DNA of 24,000 bases from an uncultured Desulfuromonadales bacterium. Lineage in GTDB: Bacteria; Desulfobacterota; Desulfuromonadia; Desulfuromonadales; Geopsychrobacteraceae. The position numbers and the translations under genes were made by a program. Each line of letters opens with the position of its first letter. Position 1 is the stretch's first letter. This document shows positions 14,601-22,987 of the stretch, piece after piece. The notes under the pieces are model-generated. The model was not told the origin of the DNA, did not search any database, and worked only from the letters and a program-made list of their open reading frames with translations. The DNA lies in NCBI GenBank assembly GCA_947259535.1, contig CAMYME010000032.1, forward strand, positions 18,649 to 42,648, read 5' to 3'.

Positions 14601-16428
14601 CATGCTGCTGTCGGAGAAGATCAAGCTGAAGGCGGCGTTCAATCACCTGCACATCTTCCTCGATCCCGATCCGGACCCGGAGGTGTCATTCAAGGAGCGA
14701 CAGCGGCTCTTCAACCTGCCGCGCTCAACCTGGCAAGACTATAACCCGGAGCTGATCTCCGCCGGCGGCGGGGTCTTCTCCCGTCAGGCCAAGGAGGTCA
14801 AGATCTCCCCGCAAGTGGCTGAATGGCTCGGGATCCGGCAGACCTCGCTCGATGTGCCGACCCTGATTCAGCTGTTACTGAAATCTCAGGTCGACCTGCT
14901 CTGGAACGGCGGAATCGGCACTTATGTGAAGTCTTCGCAGGAGAAGCACGAGGATGCTGGTGACCGGGCCAATGATATCGTGCGAATCAACGCCACCGAC
15001 CTGCAGGCCAAGGTGGTCGGCGAGGGGGGGAATTTGGGGATGACCCAGCTGGCGCGGATCGAGTATGCCAGGCTCGGCGGCAAGTTGAACACCGACGCGA
15101 TCGACAATTCGGCGGGTGTCGACAGCTCAGACCATGAGGTCAACCTGAAAATCCTGCTCAAGCTGTTACTGCAAAAAGACCGACTGGCCACGATGGAGGC
15201 CGGCTACCAGTTGCTGGAAGAGATCGAGGAGACGGTCTGCCGCGACGTGCTGTCCAACAACTACCATCAGACGCTGTCGATATCCCTTGATGAGATCCGC
15301 TGCCTGTCCGATGTCGAGCCCTACCTGGAATTGATGGACCGCCTCGGGCGCTCCGGATTGCTCGATCGGCGCGACGAGTTTTTACCCTCTCGCAAGGATG
15401 TGGCCGCCCGCCAGCCGAACCGGCTGCTGCGGCCGGAGCTCTCGGTGCTGCTGGCCTACAGCAAGATGTTCCTCTATCGTGCGCTGCAGGAGAGCGAGCT
15501 GCCGGAGAACCGGGTGGTCAAGCAGCTGCTGCTCGATTATTTCCCGCAGGAAGTGGAGGAACGCTACCGGGACATTCTGCCTGAGCACCCGCTGGCAAAA
15601 GAGATCACCGCCACCATGCTGACCAACCGGGTTGTCGACCAGGCGGGCAGCACCTTCTGCCAGACCCTCAGTCGCTTGACCGGCCAGAACCAGGTTGCCG
15701 TGGCGGTGGCCTATCTGATTTACGACAGCCTGCTCAACGGGCATGAACTGCGCGGGGCGATCTTCGCTCTCGACTGCCGTATGCCTGCCAAGCGGCAATA
15801 TCAGCTGTTGCTCAAACTTGAAGAGGTGCTGCGTTCGTTCTGCCTCTTCACCCTGAGCAATGGCGTTGCGCTGCCGGATGATGAAGCGGCCCTGGAGATG
15901 ATTTCTGAACAGCTCGATCAGTATCTCGAGCTGCTGCCCAAAGTGCTCTCAAAAGACGAATGGCAGATTTTTGAGACAGATCGGGAAAATCTACAAGCAG
16001 AAGGCCTCTCAGCTGAAATGGCGCTGAAATTTACCGCCCTCGATTACCTGGTCGATTTTATGCCGCTGGTCTGCATGATTCCGCAATCGGGGCAGGATCT
16101 GGAAAAACTGGCGCGCCTGAATGTCATGATCGAGACAAGGATCAATGCCGAAAGCCTGATCATGTCATTGGAGAAGGTGCCGGTGCGCGACAGCTGGGAC
16201 CGGCGGGCCCGTGAGTCCTTGCTCGGCTCGCTGCACTCTGTTATGGTGCGCCTGGTTCAGCAGGTCGCTAATGAAGCGGCGGAAGACCCGCAGAGTTTTT
16301 TCCGCAAGCGTCGGCAGAAGTTGCGGACCTTCGAAGAACTGCGTGACAGCCTGCTGACCGAAACTCCGTCGAATTTTCACCCTTACACCGTACTGCTGCG
16401 CTCCCTGGAAGGTCTTTTAGTCGGATAG
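11665..16428 (+). CDS. gdhB: Large (~180 kDa class) NAD-specific glutamate dehydrogenase
   Basis: The 1587-aa ORF has an AAGGGAG SD. Catalytic-core motifs of the Bac_GDH family are present: [70 protein letters not shown] and [11 protein letters not shown]. Confidence 0.9.
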   Translation: [1587 protein letters not shown]

Positions 16429-16454
16429 GCGAAACGCTGCAGCAGCAAGACACA

Positions 16455-16492
16455 ACGGGGCAGGCGGTCAAATCGTCTGCCCCGTCGATTTT
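16455..16492 (+). terminator. Putative intrinsic terminator after gdh
   Basis: ACGGGGCAG (16455-16463) pairs with CTGCCCCGT (16477-16485) across a 13-nt loop, followed by CGATTTT. The T-tract is short. Confidence 0.45.
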
Positions 16493-16505
16493 GGAGAGAC
16501 CGCAG

Positions 16506-17087
16506 ATGCGCAAAAGACAGCTCGGACCCTGTGTCACCTTTTTCCCGCAACCGACCACCATCATCACCAGCTGCGATGCCTCCGGAGAGGTTAACCTGAT
16601 GACGGCCTCCTGGGCCGGGATCGTCAGCAAAACTCCGCCGACCATCGCGGTTTCCTTGAACAAAGGGCGAAAAACCTACGAAAATATTTGCCAGACCAGG
16701 GAGTTCGTCGTCAATATGGTGCCGGCCTCGCTGGCTGTGGAAGCTGATTACTGCGGGATCCGCAGCGGCCGTAATGAAGACAAACAAGCCGGCTCCGGGC
16801 TGAGTCTGCAGGCGGCCGAACTGGTCGCCGTGCCACTGCTGGCGGAATCGCCTCTGAACGTGGAATGTCGTTTGCTGCAGGAAGTGGAATTGGGGGATTA
16901 CCGACTGGTGATGGGGGAAATCCTGCAGATCCATGCCGCGGAGAGCGCCTTCGACGAAAACGATCAACCGGACTGCCGCCGTTTCGATCCCTTGGTTTAT
17001 CTCGGCGGAATCCGTGAATACTGGGATTTGGGTCAACGCCGCGCTTTCGCCTATAATGATGGAAAGCGTTTGGTTGAAAAAGGCTGA
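16506..17087 (+). CDS. Flavin reductase-like (FMN-binding split-barrel) protein
   Basis: The protein is 193 aa from ATG 16506 (the track start is TTG 16491). The pattern P.P...I.T....G..N.MTASW.G.VS..PP...VS........Y.NI....EF.VN is typical of the flavin reductase/flavoredoxin family. Confidence 0.75.
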   Translation: MRKRQLGPCVTFFPQPTTIITSCDASGEVNLMTASWAGIVSKTPPTIAVSLNKGRKTYENICQTREFVVNMVPASLAVEADYCGIRSGRNEDKQAGSGLSLQAAELVAVPLLAESPLNVECRLLQEVELGDYRLVMGEILQIHAAESAFDENDQPDCRRFDPLVYLGGIREYWDLGQRRAFAYNDGKRLVEKG

Positions 17088-17400
17088 AAATTCAGAATCG
17101 GCACCGAATGCCGCCGTCTCATGAAAAGGTGGTGGACAAGTAAAACAGCGGTATGATATACCGTAAACGCTTTTTTGCGGGGCTGCATCACTTTGTGAGC
17201 CTCAAGCACGTGAGCAGGCCGGCTGGCCCGGGACAGGTACCGGAGCCGAGAATCTGACTTGCTTGCGTCTGCGACATACCGCCTGGATCTCATGGGACCG
17301 GGACGGAAGGTGAGCAGTTTTTCAGGGGAATCCCTGAGGTTTAGGAATGCCTTCCGTTTTAGCGCGGTGGGCATTTTTTGTTAAAGGCAGGAAAATACAA

Positions 17401-18147
17401 GTGAAAAAGCGCAAGACAATCCTCGATATCGGACAGCTGAAGGAGCAGGGCGAGAAGATCACGGTCCTGACCGCGTACGATTATCCTTTCGCCAAATTGA
17501 TGGATCAGGCCGGCATCGATATGATCCTGGTCGGCGACTCGGTCGGCTCGGTGGTCTCCGGCTACGAGAACACCCTGCCGGTCACCCTCGACGAAATGAT
17601 CTACCACACCCGCGCGGTTGTCCGCGGCAGCGAGCAGGCGCTGGTGATCACCGATATGCCGTTCATGTCCTATCAGACCGATATCCGCGACGCCCGACTC
17701 AATGCCGGCAGGTTGATCAAGGAAGGCGCGGCCCAGGCGGTCAAGCTGGAAGGCGGCGAGCATATCGCCGAGACGATCCGGGCGATCGTCGACATCGACA
17801 TCCCGGTGGTCGGGCACATCGGCCTGACACCCCAGTCGATCCACCGCATGGGCGGCTTCAAGGTGCAGGGGCGTCAGGAAGGCGTGGTACTCGAAGGGAT
17901 CCCGCGCGACCTCGCCAAGGAAGTGACCGAGTCTCTCAGCATTCCGACCATCGGCATCGGCGCCGGGGTCGACTGCGACGGCCAGGTGCTGGTGATCCAC
18001 GACATCCTCGGCCTGTGCGACAAATACTCCCCCAAGTTCGTCAAACGCTACGCCGACGTCTCCGGAACCATTTCTGCGGGGATCGGCGAGTATATCCGTG
18101 AGGTCAAGGCCGGCGAGTTTCCGACCCTTGACCACTCCTTCAAGTAA
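17401..18147 (+). CDS. panB: 3-methyl-2-oxobutanoate hydroxymethyltransferase (ketopantoate hydroxymethyltransferase); appears internally shortened
   Basis: Family motifs are present: [31 protein letters not shown] and [19 protein letters not shown] prefer GTG 17401 (VKKRKTILD..., preceded by AGGCAGGA) over ATG 17347, which lies inside a leader hairpin. See the finding on a missing ~19-aa segment after KVQGR. Confidence 0.8.
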   Translation: MKKRKTILDIGQLKEQGEKITVLTAYDYPFAKLMDQAGIDMILVGDSVGSVVSGYENTLPVTLDEMIYHTRAVVRGSEQALVITDMPFMSYQTDIRDARLNAGRLIKEGAAQAVKLEGGEHIAETIRAIVDIDIPVVGHIGLTPQSIHRMGGFKVQGRQEGVVLEGIPRDLAKEVTESLSIPTIGIGAGVDCDGQVLVIHDILGLCDKYSPKFVKRYADVSGTISAGIGEYIREVKAGEFPTLDHSFK

Positions 18148-18151
18148 GCCC

Positions 18152-19003
18152 ATGGACACCATCACTTCTGTCGCCGAGATGCAGCAGCGCTCTCTGGCCG
18201 CCAGGGCGGCCGGTCAGCGGATTGCCTTCGTGCCGACCATGGGCTTTCTACACCAGGGGCATCTGTCACTGCTCGAAGCGGGGCGCAAGCGTGGCGATCT
18301 GCTGGTGCTGTCGATCTTCGTCAACCCGACCCAGTTCGGCCAGGGGGAGGACTATGAGGACTACCCCCGCGACCTGCAGCGCGACGCCGATCTTGCCCGG
18401 TCAGCCGGGGTCGATATCATCTTCGCGCCGACCGCCGGGGAGATGTATCCCAAGGGGTACGCGACCTACGTCGATGTCGAAGGGATCACCGAGATCCTCT
18501 GCGGCGCCAGCCGTCCCGGCCATTTCCGCGGTGTCACCACCGTGGTCAATAAGCTGTTCAACATCGTCCAGCCGGATGTCGCGCTGTTCGGCAACAAGGA
18601 TTTTCAGCAGTTGGCGGTGATCCGGCGGATGACCATTGATTCGAACCTGCCGGTTGAGATCCTCGGTATGCCGATCTTTCGCGAGGCGGACGGCCTGGCG
18701 ATGAGCTCGCGCAATGTCTACCTGTCGCCGGAGCAGCGCCAGCAGGCGTTGGTGCTCTCAAAGTCGCTTGCTGAAGCCAGGCGCCTGGTCGCAGCCGGCG
18801 AAAACGATTGTGCCGCGATTATCGCCGCGCTGCGTGAAATGATCAGCCGCCAGCCGGAGGCGCGGATCGATTACCTGCAGATCTGCCACCAGCTCAGTCT
18901 GCAGCCGCAGGCGCAGGTCGATCGCGACTCGGTGCTGCTGCTGGCGGTTTTCGTCGGCAAAACCCGTCTCATCGACAATGGCTTTCTGCGCGATGCGACC
19001 TGA
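18152..19003 (+). CDS. panC: Pantoate--beta-alanine ligase (pantothenate synthetase)
   Basis: The protein is 283 aa from ATG 18152, 4 nt after the panB stop. It has the PTMGFLHQGHLSL (HxGH) motif, FVNPTQFG and FGNKDFQQ. Confidence 0.9.
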   Translation: MDTITSVAEMQQRSLAARAAGQRIAFVPTMGFLHQGHLSLLEAGRKRGDLLVLSIFVNPTQFGQGEDYEDYPRDLQRDADLARSAGVDIIFAPTAGEMYPKGYATYVDVEGITEILCGASRPGHFRGVTTVVNKLFNIVQPDVALFGNKDFQQLAVIRRMTIDSNLPVEILGMPIFREADGLAMSSRNVYLSPEQRQQALVLSKSLAEARRLVAAGENDCAAIIAALREMISRQPEARIDYLQICHQLSLQPQAQVDRDSVLLLAVFVGKTRLIDNGFLRDAT

Positions 19004-19043
19004 CCCATTGCCGAGTCGCTAGCGGCAACCAACCCGGTATCTC

Positions 19044-20711
19044 ATGATGATCAAAAAAGAACTGGCCCAGGCCAATCTGGAAAATCTCTACCGGATCTTC
19101 ACCGTTCCAGAGGCCCCCGATTCGACCCTCGGCGCTATCGATCATGCGATCACCGAGAATGTCGCCGGCTTCCTGCAGGAGCATGTCGTCGTCCTGGAGC
19201 GGAGCCTGGAAGATATCGAGAAAGATTTCTCCACCCCGCAGATTCCGGAAGAGCCGACCTTCGTCTCCGAGTATACCGACTTCGTAAAAGAAAAGCTGGT
19301 CGCCCAGTCGGTGCACACCGCGGCGCCCGGTTTCGTCGGCCACATGACCTCGGCCCTGCCGTATTTCATGCTGCCGCTCTCGCGGATCATGACCGCCCTG
19401 AACCAGAACCTGGTCAAGGTCGAGACCTCCAAGGCCTTTACGCCGATGGAGCGTCAGGTGCTGGCGATGCTGCATCGCCTGGTCTACAGCGAGTCGGATC
19501 CGTTTTACGCCAAATGGATTCACAACAGCGATCACGCCCTGGGGGCGTTCTGCTCCGGCGGCACCATCGCCAACATCACCGCGCTCTGGACCGCCCGCAA
19601 CCGCCTCTGCGCACCCAGCGGCGATTTCCAAGGCATCGCTCAGGAAGGGTTGTTCCGAGCGCTGCAGCACCTGGATTGCAAAGGGCTGGCGGTGCTGGTG
19701 TCGCGGCGGGGACATTACTCGCTCGGCAAGGCCGCCGACCTGCTCGGCATCGGTCGCGACAACCTGGTGCTGGTCGACACCGACGCCCATAACCGGATCG
19801 ACCTCAAAGAGCTGAAACAGCACTCTGACCGCCTGAAACAGCAGGGCATCAAACCGCTGGCGATCGTTGGAATTGCCGGCACGACGGAGACCGGCAATAT
19901 CGATCCGCTTGCTGCCCTGGCCGATTATGCCTCGGAGCTCGGCTGTCACTTCCATGTTGACGCCGCCTGGGGCGGGCCGACCCTCTTCTCCGCGACCCAT
20001 CGCCATCTGCTGCAGGGGATCGAACGGGCCGACTCGGTGACTCTCGATGCGCACAAGCAGCTCTACGTGCCGATGGGGGCCGGGATGGTGCTGTTCAAGG
20101 ACCCCACCGCGCTGTCTGCCATCGAGCATCACGCCGCCTATATTCTGCGCCATGGCTCCAAGGACCTCGGCAGTCATACCCTGGAGGGTTCCCGCCCGGG
20201 CAAGTCGATGCTGGTGCATGCCGGGCTGTCGATCATCGGTCGAAAAGGCTACGAACTGCTGATCGATCTGGGCATCGAGCGGGCCAGGCAGTTTGCCGCC
20301 AAGGTCGAAGAACATCCCGATTTTGAGCTTATGACCGAACCGGAGCTGAACATCTTCACCTATCGCTACAACCCGGCCTGGGTGCAGGACGCGCTTAAAA
20401 CCGCGACCCCGCCGCAGCAGGGCCAGGCCAACGAGCTGCTCGATCAGGTCATCCGGCTGGTGCAGAAGTATCAGCGCGAGGCGGGCAAGACCTTTGTCTC
20501 GCGGACCCGACTGCGTTCGGCGCGTTATGCGAATCAGATCCTGACGGTGTTTCGCGTCGTGCTCGCCAACCCGCTGACCACCGAAGAGATCATCACCGAC
20601 GTGCTTGACGAGCAGGCTGAGCTGGTCAAGCGGGAAGAGATTCAGGACCTGCTCAGCGCTTTGAAAGCGCTGTTGATTCCACCCGTCGGTTCCGTATCTT
20701 CGCTCTGCTGA
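19044..20711 (+). CDS. panP: Group II PLP-dependent decarboxylase; probable pyridoxal-dependent aspartate 1-decarboxylase (PanP type)
   Basis: The 555-aa protein has SGGTIANITAL and the PLP-lysine motif LDAHKQLYVPMGAGMV. It lies immediately downstream of panB-panC, and no pyruvoyl-type panD is in the window. The substrate assignment comes from context and from my recollection of the family. Confidence 0.65.
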   Translation: MMIKKELAQANLENLYRIFTVPEAPDSTLGAIDHAITENVAGFLQEHVVVLERSLEDIEKDFSTPQIPEEPTFVSEYTDFVKEKLVAQSVHTAAPGFVGHMTSALPYFMLPLSRIMTALNQNLVKVETSKAFTPMERQVLAMLHRLVYSESDPFYAKWIHNSDHALGAFCSGGTIANITALWTARNRLCAPSGDFQGIAQEGLFRALQHLDCKGLAVLVSRRGHYSLGKAADLLGIGRDNLVLVDTDAHNRIDLKELKQHSDRLKQQGIKPLAIVGIAGTTETGNIDPLAALADYASELGCHFHVDAAWGGPTLFSATHRHLLQGIERADSVTLDAHKQLYVPMGAGMVLFKDPTALSAIEHHAAYILRHGSKDLGSHTLEGSRPGKSMLVHAGLSIIGRKGYELLIDLGIERARQFAAKVEEHPDFELMTEPELNIFTYRYNPAWVQDALKTATPPQQGQANELLDQVIRLVQKYQREAGKTFVSRTRLRSARYANQILTVFRVVLANPLTTEEIITDVLDEQAELVKREEIQDLLSALKALLIPPVGSVSSLC

Positions 20712-20727
20712 TTCCCGGAGTGCCGCT

Positions 20728-21996
20728 TTGACGACCATCTATTCGGCGAAATACCTGGTTCCCGCTGACGCCCCGCCCATTGCGAGTGGGGCGTTGCTCG
20801 ATCTGGACGGGGAAATCGCCGCGGTCGGGACTCTTGCGGAGCTCAAACGCAGCCACCCCGGTGTAGAGGTCGTTGAATTTACCGATGGCGTGATCGTCCC
20901 GGTGCTGGTCAACGCCCACACCCACCTGGAGCTGACTGACTATCCGCAATGGGCGGAAAAATCAGGTGAGACGGAAGCACCGAGTGACTTTGTCGACTGG
21001 ATATTGCGCCTGATCAGGGTGAAGCGCCCGCTTGACAAGGCGCTTTTTCACGACTCGGTGGCCAACGGCATAACCCAGTCGGTCGCTTATGGGACCGGCG
21101 CGGTCGGTGATATCCTGTCCCACTATCCCAGCCGCAGCGCCTATCTGGCCGCCCCCCTGCTCGGAACGGTTTTTCTGGAAAGCCTGGGGCAGGACCCGGC
21201 GGTGATTCAGCGGGTCAGGCAGGGGCTGAACAGCGTGCTGCGCGAACCTCAGGCCGGCCCGCTGGCGTTGGGGATCTCGCCTCACTCGCCGTACAGTATC
21301 AGCGGCACCTACATGGCCAGCCTGTTTCAAATGGCCGGTAAGGAAAAGCTGCGCTGCTCCACCCACCTGGCCGAATCGCCTGAAGAGATCGCGTTCCTTG
21401 CCGACAGCCGTGGGCCGCTGGTCAGCAAGCTCTATACGACGATCGGCTGGGAGTCGCTGGTGCCGCGCGCGGCGGGGTGCAGCCCGACCGAATACCTGCA
21501 GAGCAAAGGCGGCCTGTTCCCGGAGAACCTGCTGGTCCATGGCGTGCAATTGACGCGGCCGGAGATCGACCTGCTGGCCACCCACCGCATGCACCTGGCA
21601 CTTTGCCCGCGCTCCAACGCCCGGCTCAATGTCGGCAAGGCTCCCGCCGGCCGGCTGCTCAAGGCCGGCGTCAGGCTGGCGCTGGGAACCGACAGCCTCG
21701 CCAGCAATGACAGCCTGTCGCTCTGGGATGAGATGGCCTTTGCGCGGCGCTGGTTCGCAGGCGAGCTCGATGCGCCGACCCTGTTCCGCATGGCGACCCT
21801 CGGCGGGGCCGAAGCGCTCGGGCTCGAAAGTCAAATCGGTTCTCTGACTGTCGGCAAACAGAGCAGTTTTCAGGTTTTGCGGCCAGACGAGGCGCTGGCA
21901 ATTGACGAATTGGACGATTATTTTATTTCTCCCGGACGCAACGAGGATATCGTGCAGGTTTACCATCAGGGGCGCGCCCTGTTGTCAGGGTTGTAG
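20728..21996 (+). CDS. Metal-dependent amidohydrolase-superfamily deaminase or chlorohydrolase-like protein
   Basis: The 422-aa protein has VNAHTHLELT (the HxH metal site), THLAES.EE, and CPRSN..L..G.AP......G...ALGTDSLASN. The substrate is not inferable from the sequence. Confidence 0.7.
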   Translation: MTTIYSAKYLVPADAPPIASGALLDLDGEIAAVGTLAELKRSHPGVEVVEFTDGVIVPVLVNAHTHLELTDYPQWAEKSGETEAPSDFVDWILRLIRVKRPLDKALFHDSVANGITQSVAYGTGAVGDILSHYPSRSAYLAAPLLGTVFLESLGQDPAVIQRVRQGLNSVLREPQAGPLALGISPHSPYSISGTYMASLFQMAGKEKLRCSTHLAESPEEIAFLADSRGPLVSKLYTTIGWESLVPRAAGCSPTEYLQSKGGLFPENLLVHGVQLTRPEIDLLATHRMHLALCPRSNARLNVGKAPAGRLLKAGVRLALGTDSLASNDSLSLWDEMAFARRWFAGELDAPTLFRMATLGGAEALGLESQIGSLTVGKQSSFQVLRPDEALAIDELDDYFISPGRNEDIVQVYHQGRALLSGL

Positions 21997-22041
21997 AAAT
22001 AGTGCATCTTGGAATCAGGGTTGGCCGAATCGGAGAGGACG

Positions 22042-22518
22042 ATGATTGAAGAATATGGCAGCATTGTCGAATTGAAAGGCAAGGAGATCGCCGTTGTCCT
22101 GTGCAAGCGGAACAGCGCCTGCGACCATTGCGCGTCGAGCGGGTCCTGCATGATCGGCGATGACAGTGAGTCGATGCTGGTGGAGGCCTTCAACGCGATC
22201 GGCGCGCAGACCGGCGACCGGGTCAAGATCGTCACCAGCACCAAGCATTTTCTGCAGTCCTCTTTTATGCTTTACATCGTGCCGATAATCGGGTTATTGA
22301 TCGGGGCCTTCATCGGGCAGGCGATCGGCAACATGACCGACGTCAAGGTCGATCCATCGTTACTTTCAGCGATTCTCGGTGTGGCCTTTCTGGCTGGAAC
22401 CTTTCTCTGCATCAAGGTCGGCACCAGGGCGTTGAAGCGCGAGATCTTCATGCCGCGCATCGTTGAAATTCAAGCCAAACCAGACACGCAGGCGGACGCA
22501 CTTCTCCATGGGCATTAA
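22042..22518 (+). CDS. RseC/MucC-family (SoxR-reducing-system RseC-like) small membrane protein
   Basis: I prefer ATG 22042 (GGAGAGGA SD). The N-terminal Cys-rich domain is [31 protein letters not shown], followed by two TM helices. Confidence 0.65.
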   Translation: MIEEYGSIVELKGKEIAVVLCKRNSACDHCASSGSCMIGDDSESMLVEAFNAIGAQTGDRVKIVTSTKHFLQSSFMLYIVPIIGLLIGAFIGQAIGNMTDVKVDPSLLSAILGVAFLAGTFLCIKVGTRALKREIFMPRIVEIQAKPDTQADALLHGH

Positions 22519-22963
22519 AATCATCGCCACCAACAAAAAGGCCTATCACGATTACTATATCGACGAGACCTTCGAGGCCGGCATCGCGCTCACCGGGACC
22601 GAAGTCAAGTCGATCCGGGCAGGGAAGGTGAACCTGAAGGAATCCTTCTGCCGGATCAAGGACGGCGAGGTGTTCATCAACAACATGAACATCAGCCCCT
22701 ACGACTTCGGCAACCGCGAGAACCACGACCCGACCCGCATGCGCAAGCTGTTGCTGCATCACGCTGAGATCGACAAACTGATCCGCCTGACCGAGCAGAA
22801 AGGTCTGGCGATGGTGCCGACCAAGCTCTACTTCAAGCGCAACTACATCAAACTGGAAATCGGCATCGGCCGCGGCAAGAAACTGCACGACAAGCGCCAG
22901 ACGATCAAGCAGAAAGAAGCCGATCGGGAGATGGCCAAGGCGCTGAAGAGTGCTTATCGGTAG
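22508..22963 (+). CDS. smpB: SsrA-binding protein
   Basis: The protein is 151 aa from ATG 22508 ([18 protein letters not shown]...[13 protein letters not shown]...). This start overlaps the rseC-like stop by 11 nt. The track start at 22463 adds a non-conserved extension. Confidence 0.9.
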   Translation: MGIKIIATNKKAYHDYYIDETFEAGIALTGTEVKSIRAGKVNLKESFCRIKDGEVFINNMNISPYDFGNRENHDPTRMRKLLLHHAEIDKLIRLTEQKGLAMVPTKLYFKRNYIKLEIGIGRGKKLHDKRQTIKQKEADREMAKALKSAYR

Positions 22964-22987
22964 GGAAGTAACTATCCCACCCGATCG

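Noticed and set aside
17121-17156. A mini-ORF, ATG AAA AGG TGG TGG ACA AGT AAA ACA GCG GTA TGA (MKRWWTSKTAV), has tandem Trp codons. Its stop lies inside a small hairpin followed by T6, reminiscent of a trp leader-peptide attenuator (E. coli TrpL ends ...GWWRTS).
   Set aside because: No Shine-Dalgarno precedes it. The hairpin is weak (6 bp, AT-rich, 3-nt loop). The downstream genes are pantothenate genes, not tryptophan genes. The TGGTGG may simply be part of an AAGGTGG-like string and could arise by chance.
17290-17320. The string GGGACCGGGACGGAAGGTGAGCAG superficially resembles the conserved SRP (4.5S) RNA domain IV motif (GGUCCGGAAGGAAGCAG).
   Set aside because: I could not build the symmetric-loop/GNRA-tetraloop helix or the closing long helix of SRP RNA around it on either strand. 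This is a motif-level coincidence.
17347-17400. ATG 17347 as the panB start, as in the ORF track.
   Set aside because: The extra 18 residues ([18 protein letters not shown]) are not PanB-like. The ATG is buried in the leader hairpins. GTG 17401 has an upstream purine-rich SD-like AGGCAGGA and gives a typical PanB N-terminus. The choice remains uncertain.
22964-22987. I expected a tmRNA gene (ssrA) next to smpB.
   Set aside because: Only 24 nt separate smpB from the convergent membrane-protein gene. No tRNA-like acceptor or T-arm sequence, and no tag-peptide reading frame, is visible anywhere near.
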